64,000 nt of DNA from Candidatus Neptunichlamydia sp. GTDB lineage: Bacteria; Chlamydiota; Chlamydiia; Chlamydiales; Simkaniaceae. The stretch spans positions 480,001 to 544,000 of the forward strand of contig OZ247587.1 in assembly GCA_965233865.1 (NCBI GenBank). Reading direction: 5' to 3'. The stretch's first letter is position 1; the number at the start of each line of letters is the position of its first letter. Both the position numbers and the translations under genes were made by a program. Under the pieces are notes generated by a model. The model saw only the letters and a program-made list of their open reading frames with translations. It made no database searches and had not been told where the DNA came from. Positions 1 to 8,871 of this stretch are shown here, piece after piece.

Positions 1-108
1 ATGATGAAAATTTAATTTGTGGCTATGCTGTCTTAAATTGATATAAACATAATAACCACCGAAACAGATAAAAGTCACAAAAATAATAAAAAATATTTTC
101 TTCATCAT
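1..108 (-). CDS. Partial CDS (5' end) of a protein with an N-terminal signal/anchor; runs off the window
   Basis: ATG at 108, open to the window edge: MMKKIFFIIFVTFICFGGYYVYINLRQHSHKLNFHH, a basic then hydrophobic N-terminus. Confidence 0.55.
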   Translation of the reverse strand, partial: MMKKIFFIIFVTFICFGGYYVYINLRQHSHKLNFHH

Positions 109-305
109 TAAACCTAAATTGTTTTTTATGAAATAATAGATTAATATCCTAAAAATTACAACTCAATAAATATGTATTAATATTAAAAATTAGAGAGTGT
201 TAACCAAAAAAACGAGATTGCTAAATCCTTTTTAAAGAAAACTCTAGAAGTTTTGTCATGAAAAATGGATACCTAGCATTCCTTAAGTAAACATTCTCCA
301 TCTTT

Positions 306-1091
306 TTAGCGCATATAGCGTGAACCACTTCTTAGGCTACAGAGCGCTAAAATATAACAGAGCAGAAAAAAAACAAAAGTGACAGCTCCGGCAATGCCAA
401 GGTCTATATCAGTACTACCGAGCATTCCATAGCGGATTCCATTGATAATAAAAAAAAGAGGGTTAAAGTGGGATACAGATTGCCAAAAGAAGTGCATACC
501 TTCGAGACTAAAAAAAACACCACCTAGATAAATTAAAGGAAGTAGGATCAACATGCTTACAGCTCCGACATGTTCAAAACTCTTAGACCACATGCCAATG
601 GCAATTCCAAGATTTCCAAAGGCGAGCCCTCCAAAGATTAAAAAATAGATGAAAACAAGAGGGTCAGCAATGAGAAGAAAGTGACCCATTTGGAAATAGT
701 AGAAGGCTTGCCCCACCCCGTAGGTGATAAGCCCGACAAAGAGCCCTCGCGTTAGAGATGAGAGTGTTTTAGCAGCGCATAATTGCTGGAGCGAAAATGG
801 AGCCACCCGAAGGTCTTGAAGCTCATTCACATACTTTTGTCCCATGATTGCACTTGTTGAATTGTCGAAAGTGTTTTTAATAAGAGACATGGCGATTAGC
901 CCAGGGATCAAAAAAGCAAGATAGGGAACGTTATTTTCTAAATGGATGGAATGACTCAAACTGACACCAAAGATCAGAAGGTAGAGGATTGAGTTGACAA
1001 TAGGAGCTCCCACTGTTTGAAGTGGAACCTTCAAAAAACGAGCAACCTCTCGCTTATAGAGACCCTGAATTTGCAACCATCGGTTCATCAC
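306..1091 (-). CDS. ABC-2 type transporter permease (YadH-like)
   Basis: Six hydrophobic segments; YLAFLIPGL and LGGVFFS...HFNPLFFIINGIRYG motifs; overlaps the ATPase gene. Confidence 0.9.
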   Translation of the reverse strand: MMNRWLQIQGLYKREVARFLKVPLQTVGAPIVNSILYLLIFGVSLSHSIHLENNVPYLAFLIPGLIAMSLIKNTFDNSTSAIMGQKYVNELQDLRVAPFSLQQLCAAKTLSSLTRGLFVGLITYGVGQAFYYFQMGHFLLIADPLVFIYFLIFGGLAFGNLGIAIGMWSKSFEHVGAVSMLILLPLIYLGGVFFSLEGMHFFWQSVSHFNPLFFIINGIRYGMLGSTDIDLGIAGAVTFVFFLLCYILALCSLRSGSRYMR

Positions 1092-1984
1092 TTGTCTCCT
1101 GTCAGGATGGTTTGCATCACATCTTCAAGAGTTCCCATTTTGATATTGATATCTTGAATGCAATTCATAGGAATCGAAGCTTCTTGAAATAATTGAGAGA
1201 GAGGCATTTCATTAGGGACTTGAAAGTCAAGAAGATGATCACTTTGAGCTGTAAGAAGTGGATGGGGTATCTCTTCAAGTGGAGAAGATAGGGTTATGCT
1301 CACCTTTTTTGAAGAGTATTCTTGCAGCATTTTCTCTGTTGTGTCTACCTTCCTCAAGCGACCGTGGTCCAGTATGCCAATTTTATCGCAAAGAAACTCA
1401 GCTTCCTCCAAGTAGTGAGTTGTTAAGAGAATGGAGAGGCTATCTTTTTTTAGTTCTTGAATAAACTTCCAAAGAGAGGCGCGCAATTCAACATCAACTC
1501 CTGCTGTTGGTTCATCAAGAAGAAGAAGTTTGGGTTTATGAAGAAGCGCTTTAATGATCAAGAGGCGCCGTTTCATTCCACCGCTCAACTGATTCACCAG
1601 TTTTTTTCGGTGATGATAGAGGTGAAGTTTGTCAAGGAGGTACTTTAGGCGTTCCTTGTCGAAAGGAATACCAAAGTAAGTTGCATGATATTTTAAGATC
1701 TCTTCCACAGTAAAAAAACCGTGATGGATCAGTTCTTGCGGAACAAAACCCATATGAGATTTCGCAATGCGGGGGTTCTTTTGGACGTCAACTCCAAAGA
1801 TTTTAATCGAGCCCTCTGAAAAAGATTGCAGAGTCACAATATTTGAGATAATCGTTGTTTTCCCCGCCCCATTTGCTCCTAAGAGACCGAAGACTTCCCC
1901 TCTTTGAATCTCGAAAGAAACCCTTTCTGCAGCCACAAGCCTTCCATATTTTTTGGTGAGATTCTTAACGACAAGAGGAGTCAT
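1088..1984 (-). CDS. ABC transporter ATP-binding protein (YadG-like)
   Basis: Walker A GANGAGKTT, signature LSGGM, Walker B LLLDEP, H-loop TTHY. Confidence 0.95.
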   Translation of the reverse strand: MTPLVVKNLTKKYGRLVAAERVSFEIQRGEVFGLLGANGAGKTTIISNIVTLQSFSEGSIKIFGVDVQKNPRIAKSHMGFVPQELIHHGFFTVEEILKYHATYFGIPFDKERLKYLLDKLHLYHHRKKLVNQLSGGMKRRLLIIKALLHKPKLLLLDEPTAGVDVELRASLWKFIQELKKDSLSILLTTHYLEEAEFLCDKIGILDHGRLRKVDTTEKMLQEYSSKKVSITLSSPLEEIPHPLLTAQSDHLLDFQVPNEMPLSQLFQEASIPMNCIQDINIKMGTLEDVMQTILTGDK

Positions 1985-2442
1985 TTTACCTCTTTCATAT
2001 CAAGTAGAAGGTGGCCCCAATCGGCTAGGCAGATGCCGCCTAAACCGTAAAAAATGAATGGCTTATAATGTTTGTAAAACTTTAAAATGGAGCCTTTTGT
2101 CGGGAGTACATTGTAAACAATAAGGAATACAAGGGCTCCCCATGCTAAAAGCCATACGATGCGGGTAAAAGACCCAAGAATCAGATTATGGGAGAGGCCT
2201 CGATGGATAAAAACTTTTGAATAGGAGCGAAAGGGGATGCTTAAAATTCCCCGAATAGACATTAAGCGGATTTGATTCGCAAGGTCCATATCAGGGTTCA
2301 TAAAAAGAGTGCTGTAGGCAAATGTTCCGGAAAATATGAACATGAGATTCCTTGCAGGGTGAAGAAAAAAATACATGGCCCCTATAAGTATAGGAAGAGC
2401 TATAAAGAAATTGAATTGAGCATGTTGCTTATACATTGCCAT
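1981..2442 (-). CDS. DUF2227-like putative metal-binding membrane protein
   Basis: H near the N-terminus, NPDMDL, HRGLSH and C-terminal HLLLD motifs. Confidence 0.75.
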   Translation of the reverse strand: MAMYKQHAQFNFFIALPILIGAMYFFLHPARNLMFIFSGTFAYSTLFMNPDMDLANQIRLMSIRGILSIPFRSYSKVFIHRGLSHNLILGSFTRIVWLLAWGALVFLIVYNVLPTKGSILKFYKHYKPFIFYGLGGICLADWGHLLLDMKEVK

Positions 2443-2493
2443 ATGGACTTATCCCTCGACTTCTCTAATATTTAATAAAAACTCCCGGCTATT

Positions 2494-2529
2494 TTTAGTG
2501 CAAGGCAGACGTTTAGTGCAAGGCAGACG
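2494..2529. repeat. Perfect 18-bp tandem duplication TTTAGTGCAAGGCAGACG x2
   Basis: Copies at 2494-2511 and 2512-2529, intergenic. Confidence 0.95.
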
Positions 2530-2553
2530 TATATAAAATATATAGTGCTTAAA

Positions 2554-3423
2554 TTAACGGCAATGACTTTCTATAGACAGATCAAGATAGGGAGCCAGTT
2601 CAGGGTGGTTTTTTTCGAGATAATTCTTGAGATCAAGCGTTACAACTGTAAGCTCCTCTCTGCTTGGAGATTCAGATACTGTTGGGTAAAGCTCTCCAAT
2701 ATCAATCTGTATAATCTTTCCATCTAAAACCCCTAAATTCCCTTCGCAGTTGATATTATCATTTCCGATTCCCCGCTCATTTCTTAAGGTTAGATAATCT
2801 AAAATTGCATCGATTGTTTGTTTTCCCTTTTTAGGGGATTTTTTTAGCACATCAAAGACATGGTGGGCGTTCTTTTGAATCAGAAATTCCATGTCATCTA
2901 ACTTAAGCACAAGCTTTTTTCCTTGCGAAGAAAGCAAAGTAATGGACTTTTTGAGATAGTTTGTTTTTGTGAGGTGAAGGTAGAGAACTCCACTATGATC
3001 TTGAAGTCTTTCGTGAGCAAGCTGATAGCTTTGGTAGAGATATAGTCGTCGGTGGTGGTGACGGTTTAACATTTCATTTCGGATCATTCGAATACGTTCA
3101 GATAAGGGAAGGTGGTTCAAAAAATACCGCGTTCTCATATGCTTTTGCTTAAAAAATTTCACGACAATCTCACCATCTTCGGAGACAAATGCATAGCACT
3201 CCTTTCCACTTTCAAGAGGAGAAAAGGTTTGTGTGGAAACCCGATCAAGGAGATCTGCTTGCTCAAGGCTTGGCAGCCCAAAATCCCAACGGGAATCATA
3301 TCCATAAAGGGAATGAATTTTCTTATAAGAGAACCCTTTAATTCTCATGATGCAAGAGATATAAGTCAAGACACATAAAAAAACTCCAAGGGCAATAGCG
3401 GAAGATAAAATGTATTTTTTCAT
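2554..3423 (-). CDS. Exported protein-kinase-like paralog 1 (probable pseudokinase)
   Basis: N-terminal anchor; LESGKECYAF, VVKFFK, GIGNDNINCEGNLG, QIDIGE; clearly paralogous to three neighbouring ORFs. Confidence 0.6.
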   Translation of the reverse strand: MKKYILSSAIALGVFLCVLTYISCIMRIKGFSYKKIHSLYGYDSRWDFGLPSLEQADLLDRVSTQTFSPLESGKECYAFVSEDGEIVVKFFKQKHMRTRYFLNHLPLSERIRMIRNEMLNRHHHRRLYLYQSYQLAHERLQDHSGVLYLHLTKTNYLKKSITLLSSQGKKLVLKLDDMEFLIQKNAHHVFDVLKKSPKKGKQTIDAILDYLTLRNERGIGNDNINCEGNLGVLDGKIIQIDIGELYPTVSESPSREELTVVTLDLKNYLEKNHPELAPYLDLSIESHCR

Positions 3424-4283
3424 TTGTACTGCTCAATTTGATCGACAATTTTACTTTCAACTTTCGAAAGATGTTTTGGGGCGTGCATTTTTAAAAAATC
3501 GTGAATTTGGTAAGAGAGAGTTTTGAGCTCTTCATAAGTAGGTCTGGGGGCCTGGTTTGTGCGAAACTCTCCTATATCGATTTCAATCGCTCGGTTATTC
3601 ACAAATCCAAAGTTTTTGAAAAACTGGAGATCCTTGTCATAAATTCCTTTTTGGCTCCGTTTTGCAACAACCTCAAAGAGAGAAAGAATCGCTCTTTCTG
3701 CTTCCTTGGATTGCCCTTTTTTATACAAAGCCTTGAGGTGATGAAAGACCAGCGTTGCTTTTTTTTGAATCAGAAATTCCATTTCATCAAGAGAGACTTC
3801 AAACGTTTTTCCATTTTGATCAATTAAGGTAAGGGAGAGGTTGAGCGTATCGGTCTTATTAAGGTGGAGGCAGAGCATCCCGGTTTCTTCTGGAAGCTTT
3901 TCAAAAGCAAGCTTGTAACTACTAAAGGAATCCTGCCTTTCCTTTGTTCTTTGATCAATCTTCCGTACTGAGTGAAATATTTTTTTGACAAAAATAGAGA
4001 GCGAGTCCGTCCCTGTTTTGATTCTCATGTGTTTTTGCTTAAAAAACTTGATAACGGCTTCATCATCATCAGATACAAAGGCATAGGTATGATTCCCACT
4101 TCCAAGGTAATGGCATTGCGATCCCATTAGAGAAGCGAGTTCCATGCGAGACATTGTGTTCTCTACTTCCCATTCAGGAGCAGAAGCATGATGAGACGTA
4201 ATTTTTTTAAGAGTAAATCCTTTAGGGCGATCGCACCCGACAGAAAATACAATAATCGAAAAGACAAGTAACCATTTCTTCAT
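3420..4283 (-). CDS. Protein-kinase-like paralog 2, predicted lipoprotein
   Basis: Start at 4283 (MKKWLL), lipobox SVGC; YLGSGNHTYAF, VIKFFK, GIYDKDLQFFKNFG, EIDIGE. Confidence 0.65.
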   Translation of the reverse strand: MKKWLLVFSIIVFSVGCDRPKGFTLKKITSHHASAPEWEVENTMSRMELASLMGSQCHYLGSGNHTYAFVSDDDEAVIKFFKQKHMRIKTGTDSLSIFVKKIFHSVRKIDQRTKERQDSFSSYKLAFEKLPEETGMLCLHLNKTDTLNLSLTLIDQNGKTFEVSLDEMEFLIQKKATLVFHHLKALYKKGQSKEAERAILSLFEVVAKRSQKGIYDKDLQFFKNFGFVNNRAIEIDIGEFRTNQAPRPTYEELKTLSYQIHDFLKMHAPKHLSKVESKIVDQIEQYK

Positions 4284-4445
4284 GTAGATCAGTTTACACA
4301 AATAGGGCCAAAGCGTCTAGGACTTCTGCTGCTCATGCTTTTGATTTAGGAAGAATAAGGCCAAGCAAGTGAGGATGCAAACCTTAGGGACTTGGATTTC
4401 ACTTTTGATCTCCTTTGGTAGATGTTTTTTTACAGTTTCAAATCC

Positions 4446-6026
4446 TCAATCTGAAGAGATAAAGGCTTTGTGGAACTGGATATCTCCCATTGGGGAGATG
4501 GAGAGACCTTGAAGGTGGGAATGCTTTACGTAGACAAGATGGAAGTGGTAAAGAGGAATAATGGGCATTTCATCCATGAGTAGGGACTCAGCCTCTTCAA
4601 GAAGAGCGACTCTTCCTTCTTTGCTTGCGTAGTAGGAGGACGAAAGGAGTTCAGAATAGTAGGGGTTTTCCCATCCACTATAGTTTCGAAAAGCCTCTTT
4701 TCCATTAAAGCGTTCAAGAAAGGACATGGGGTCGTGATACTGTCCCACCCAAGACATTTGGGCAACTGAAAAGTCATGGTTCTCTAGTTTTGTAAGGTGC
4801 GATTTAAATTCTAGAGCTTGAATACTAATATCAATGCCGAGGACAGATTTCCAATAGTTTTGAAGGGTAATTGCTAAATTTCTGTGAAGCTCAGATATGA
4901 AGTAATAATAGGTGATCTTTGGAAACTCTTGCTTCGTAATTCCAAGCTCCTCAAGCCCCTTATGAAAATGCTGCTGAGCAAGAGCCTTTTGATGATCTAA
5001 AAAGAAAGTGGTTACGGTTTCTTTAAGAACATGAGGAACAGGCCCCGAGGCAACATCGTCATACATTTGAAAAAGGTTTTCTGTGATTTCCCCCCGATCA
5101 ATCGCTAAGGAAAAAGCCTTTCTAACATGAACATTATTGAAGGGGAAGCGGTTCACGTTGAAAGTGCAAAGAGTGGTTCCCGCAATCGGCCTCTGTCTAA
5201 TCAAGTCACTTTTTTTAAGGCTCGAAACCGCATCAAGAGGGAGCGTAGAGGTTAGACCACCAACGATATCAAGCTTTCCTTTTTCAAAAAGGTTAAGCGT
5301 TGTTCCTTCATTGCTTACCATCAAGATCGTTATTTTTTCTAGGTGGACCTTATCAGCATTCCAGTAGTAGGGATTCTTAACTGCAACGATTTTATCGTCA
5401 TTTTTCCAGGACGTAATTTGAAACGGTCCACAGGAAAGGACTTCGCCGGTTTGGTTAGGATGGGGGACTTCATCACCATGAAATGGAACTGGAAAATAGG
5501 TACAAAAAGAGGTCAGCTCCAAGAAATATGGAGTAGGACGTTCAAGGCGCACAAGCAGAGTTGTTTTATCAAGGGCTTCTATCCCCACCTCATCAAGAGA
5601 GCATTCTCCATTTTTAGCGCGCTCCGCATTTTTTATGGGGAAGAGGAGATGCGCAGATTTTGAAGTGAAGTCAGTGTTAAGCGCAGCCTTCCATGCAGCT
5701 TCAAAATGATAGGCGGTGAGGGGAGATCCATCTGACCACATCGCTGGCCTTAAGGAAAAGAGGTAGTTGCGTTTATCTCTTGAGAGATTGACATGCTCTG
5801 CTAAAGCGTACGATACCGTCCCATCTGCCTCTAGGTGCGTGAGTCCCTCATAGAGCATGAAATTAAGTGTTGTGGTGACAGGGTCTGTGCATTTTCTGGG
5901 GTCAGCAGTAAAGGGGCTATAGCTAAAATTAATCACTATTTCCTGGCGCAGTCTGCCATGATCCTTCTTCTGGCACGAGGCTGCTGTAAACAAAAATAAA
6001 ATAGGGATAAAAAAGTGCCTTATCAT
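4446..6026 (-). CDS. oppA: Oligopeptide ABC transporter substrate-binding lipoprotein (family 5)
   Basis: Lipobox AASC; LYEGL, WSDGSPLTA, GPF, KNPYYW, VRKAFSLAIDR, MPIIPLY. Confidence 0.9.
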   Translation of the reverse strand: MIRHFFIPILFLFTAASCQKKDHGRLRQEIVINFSYSPFTADPRKCTDPVTTTLNFMLYEGLTHLEADGTVSYALAEHVNLSRDKRNYLFSLRPAMWSDGSPLTAYHFEAAWKAALNTDFTSKSAHLLFPIKNAERAKNGECSLDEVGIEALDKTTLLVRLERPTPYFLELTSFCTYFPVPFHGDEVPHPNQTGEVLSCGPFQITSWKNDDKIVAVKNPYYWNADKVHLEKITILMVSNEGTTLNLFEKGKLDIVGGLTSTLPLDAVSSLKKSDLIRQRPIAGTTLCTFNVNRFPFNNVHVRKAFSLAIDRGEITENLFQMYDDVASGPVPHVLKETVTTFFLDHQKALAQQHFHKGLEELGITKQEFPKITYYYFISELHRNLAITLQNYWKSVLGIDISIQALEFKSHLTKLENHDFSVAQMSWVGQYHDPMSFLERFNGKEAFRNYSGWENPYYSELLSSSYYASKEGRVALLEEAESLLMDEMPIIPLYHFHLVYVKHSHLQGLSISPMGDIQFHKAFISSD

Positions 6027-6076
6027 TAAGTAGATAGTAGGCTTTGTCTCTAAGGTCTGCACTATATTTGTATTCT

Positions 6077-6994
6077 TTATAGGCCGTTAAATATCATCGG
6101 TTTAATTGTCAAGGGTATTTTACGGCGTATATTGAAAAAATTCAAATCTGCTTCTTCGCTGTCAATGTTCATGAAAAATCTTCCTAAAATTGGAGCCAGT
6201 GAGTAACCGGCAGAGGCTAGGTATCCCACTTTTTTCTTCACCATGAAGGAAGAAAATGTTGGGGTTAGCGCAGCTCCAAGAATTGCCGCAATAGCCAGTG
6301 AGCTGAGTTCTTTATTAACCTCGTTCAAGCCGTATTTTTTTTTATTAAGTTCTTCTTTTGCTAACGCGAATGTTGGAGCTAAAATGACCGCAGTGGGAAT
6401 ACTTCCCTTAATTATAGAGAATGTATTTCTAAAGGCGAAGATGCTCTTCATGCCGAGGCAGACAACAGCGTTTGCTATTCCAGAGGCTACTCCAGAGGCT
6501 ATTCCAGCATAGATCCCCATTTTTACACTCTCATTCCACTTAGGGTTTGTAATTTTTTCTTGAGAGGTGACAGCAACTGCAAAGAGTGATGTAATAGCTG
6601 AGATGCTTGCATAGGAGAAAGCTTCTGATAGTGACATCTGATGCGAGTTAAACTTACTGTTCAAATACCGAACAGTAAGAAGCGTTAGCACAAACACACT
6701 GGTTGCCACGACAATTGATCTTTTCTCTTTCTTCTGAGGCTCTGCTGGAATCACGCTATACTTATAAGTCAGGCCAACCGCTGTTCCAGCAGGTGTGGAT
6801 CCTACGAGATTTTTGGCAATCCACTTTATGGCGTTCCAAGAGTGAGATAGTCCCCAACTTGATACAGAGTAAAAGCTCTTTCCAACATGCCAAGAGGCTT
6901 TTGCAGCAAGGACTGCGGTGGCTGTACCAATAATGGTTGCTTGACCGCAGTAAAGTAAATTGTTTCCATAAACTTGTAAATTTCTTTGAGTCAT
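6077..6994 (-). CDS. Hydrophobic Ala/Ser-rich membrane protein, Inc-like candidate
   Basis: Several paired hydrophobic segments, no signal peptide, AT-rich upstream region. Confidence 0.5.
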   Translation of the reverse strand: MTQRNLQVYGNNLLYCGQATIIGTATAVLAAKASWHVGKSFYSVSSWGLSHSWNAIKWIAKNLVGSTPAGTAVGLTYKYSVIPAEPQKKEKRSIVVATSVFVLTLLTVRYLNSKFNSHQMSLSEAFSYASISAITSLFAVAVTSQEKITNPKWNESVKMGIYAGIASGVASGIANAVVCLGMKSIFAFRNTFSIIKGSIPTAVILAPTFALAKEELNKKKYGLNEVNKELSSLAIAAILGAALTPTFSSFMVKKKVGYLASAGYSLAPILGRFFMNIDSEEADLNFFNIRRKIPLTIKPMIFNGL

Positions 6995-7085
6995 TCTAAT
7001 ACTTCCCAAATTTTGAATTTATAATAAAATTAGGAACATTATACCAAATGTTAATAAATTATAAAAGGTAAAATATTAATCTATC

Positions 7086-7985
7086 TTAAGCAGGTACCTT
7101 ATAGCTCTGAAGTTCTTCTTGGGCTATAGGAACAAGCTCAAGGTAGTTTTCTTGGAGCCAGGGAAGGAGTTTGTGATAAATTTTTTTGAGTTCGTGATTG
7201 TAGAAATATTCAAGATTTTTCTTTGGGTCTCGATGAAACCCCCCAATATCGAGTTCTACAGCTTTTCCATTGATAAAGCCAAAGTTTCGAATCAGGTGAG
7301 GATCTTTATCGCTAAATCCTTTTTTGGCGCGCATCTCTGTAAAAGCAAGGAGTTCTTTTAAAGCCTTCTGTGCTTCTTGGGTTTTCCCTTCTTTTTTTAG
7401 GGAGAGGAGATATTCTCCTGTTGGAATCGCCTTTTTTTGAACCACAAACTCGACATTTTTGAGTTGGATATGGTGCTTAAGGCCAATCCGATCTTTTAAA
7501 ATAATTGTATGATTAAAAAGGGTGTTTTTATTAAGGTGGACAAAGATGACCCCTGTCTCATTTTTAAAAATTGTATAAGCAATTTTGCAGCTTCCAAAGG
7601 TTGATGCGACAGTCCTTTTCTTCTTGAGCTTCCACCGATCCCGTTTTTCAGCAATTTTTTTTGGGAGGGGGAGCTTTTCATAGAGGGGATTCATCCGCCA
7701 TCTTTTGTGCTTAAAAAATTTGAGAACATAGCTGTTGTCTTCGCTGATAAAGACATAGCTTTGCGAGCCACTTTCTAAGTAGGAGAAGGGTTGGTCAAGG
7801 GCTGTTTCTAATTCCAAAAGATCTTCAGGTTCAAAGGTGATATCCCACTTCGGATTGTAAGGGAGCGAGGAAGTAATATTGGGATAACTAAATCCGTCTG
7901 TTAAGGCATGAGAAAAGCGCTCTACTCCGACAATTGCAGCAACGATCAAAAGTCCTATCAGGCATTTATTGATAAATGATTTCAT
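7086..7985 (-). CDS. Exported protein-kinase-like paralog 3
   Basis: Signal anchor; YLESGSQSYVF, VLKFFK, GFSDKDPHLIRNFG, ELDIGG. Confidence 0.65.
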   Translation of the reverse strand: MKSFINKCLIGLLIVAAIVGVERFSHALTDGFSYPNITSSLPYNPKWDITFEPEDLLELETALDQPFSYLESGSQSYVFISEDNSYVLKFFKHKRWRMNPLYEKLPLPKKIAEKRDRWKLKKKRTVASTFGSCKIAYTIFKNETGVIFVHLNKNTLFNHTIILKDRIGLKHHIQLKNVEFVVQKKAIPTGEYLLSLKKEGKTQEAQKALKELLAFTEMRAKKGFSDKDPHLIRNFGFINGKAVELDIGGFHRDPKKNLEYFYNHELKKIYHKLLPWLQENYLELVPIAQEELQSYKVPA

Positions 7986-8823
7986 TTAATTCCTCAACAA
8001 ATGGGTCTAACAAAACAGGGTGATTTTCTGCAATCCAAGATTCAAAAGCGCGGGTAATTCGGATCATTTCTGGTCCATAAACTTCTCGTTTTTTTTCTTG
8101 TTCGTATGGGGAAAGCCTTCCGAAATCTATTTGAAAAGGAGTGGTATTGATATACCCAAAATTGGTGCTAAAGTCTGGATCCTTATCGAAGATTCCTTTT
8201 TGACATCGGTCCTTTGCAAGGCGCAGGAGAGAGCAGATTGCTGTTTCTGCAGCCTTTTGATTTCCTTCAGCCATCCAGCGATCTATTGCGGTATAAGCAA
8301 GAGTTCCCTTTTTCTGAAGGAGGAACTCCACTTGGTCAAGATTCAGGAAATGCTTTTTTCCAATTCTATCAATAATCGTGATGGTTTGCTTAAGGTTTGA
8401 CGTTTTTGCTAAATGGAGAGTAATGAGCCCAGTCTCTTCTTTCATCTCGTCGTATGCTAAACAGAGACTATCAAAGGTCTTTTCCAAAATAGATCGTTTC
8501 TTTTCTCTTTTTTTGCCTAAAATTCCCACGTTGGGTAGGAAATTTATCAGAGGAGGCGTTCTCATATGTTGGAATTTGAAAAGTTTAAGAACTGTGGTTC
8601 CATCTTCAGAAAAGAAGACGTAGGATTGACTTCCTGAACCGAAATAAGTGAAGGTTTGTTTAAGGAGATGCCCTGGAATATCTCCTTCGCGATGCCACTT
8701 TTTATTGTCTTCAGTTGGAGCATACACATTGACTAGTGCAAAGCCATCTGTTGCTTTGTGGCAGAAACGTTCTGTTGCAAAAAACAAAAAAACACTCAAA
8801 AAAAATATGAATAATCGCTTCAT
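7966..8823 (-). CDS. Exported protein-kinase-like paralog 4
   Basis: Signal anchor; YFGSGSQSYVF, VLKLFK, GIFDKDPDFSTNFG and a canonical DFG (QIDFGR). Confidence 0.7.
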   Translation of the reverse strand: MKRLFIFFLSVFLFFATERFCHKATDGFALVNVYAPTEDNKKWHREGDIPGHLLKQTFTYFGSGSQSYVFFSEDGTTVLKLFKFQHMRTPPLINFLPNVGILGKKREKKRSILEKTFDSLCLAYDEMKEETGLITLHLAKTSNLKQTITIIDRIGKKHFLNLDQVEFLLQKKGTLAYTAIDRWMAEGNQKAAETAICSLLRLAKDRCQKGIFDKDPDFSTNFGYINTTPFQIDFGRLSPYEQEKKREVYGPEMIRITRAFESWIAENHPVLLDPFVEELNEIIYQ

Positions 8824-8871
8824 TACCGTATATGAAAAGTTATAAGCTTGAGATATAAGGTATAGTATTAG

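Noticed and set aside
2494..2529. Possible CRISPR repeat
   Set aside because: Only two adjacent units with no spacer, and no cas genes in the window
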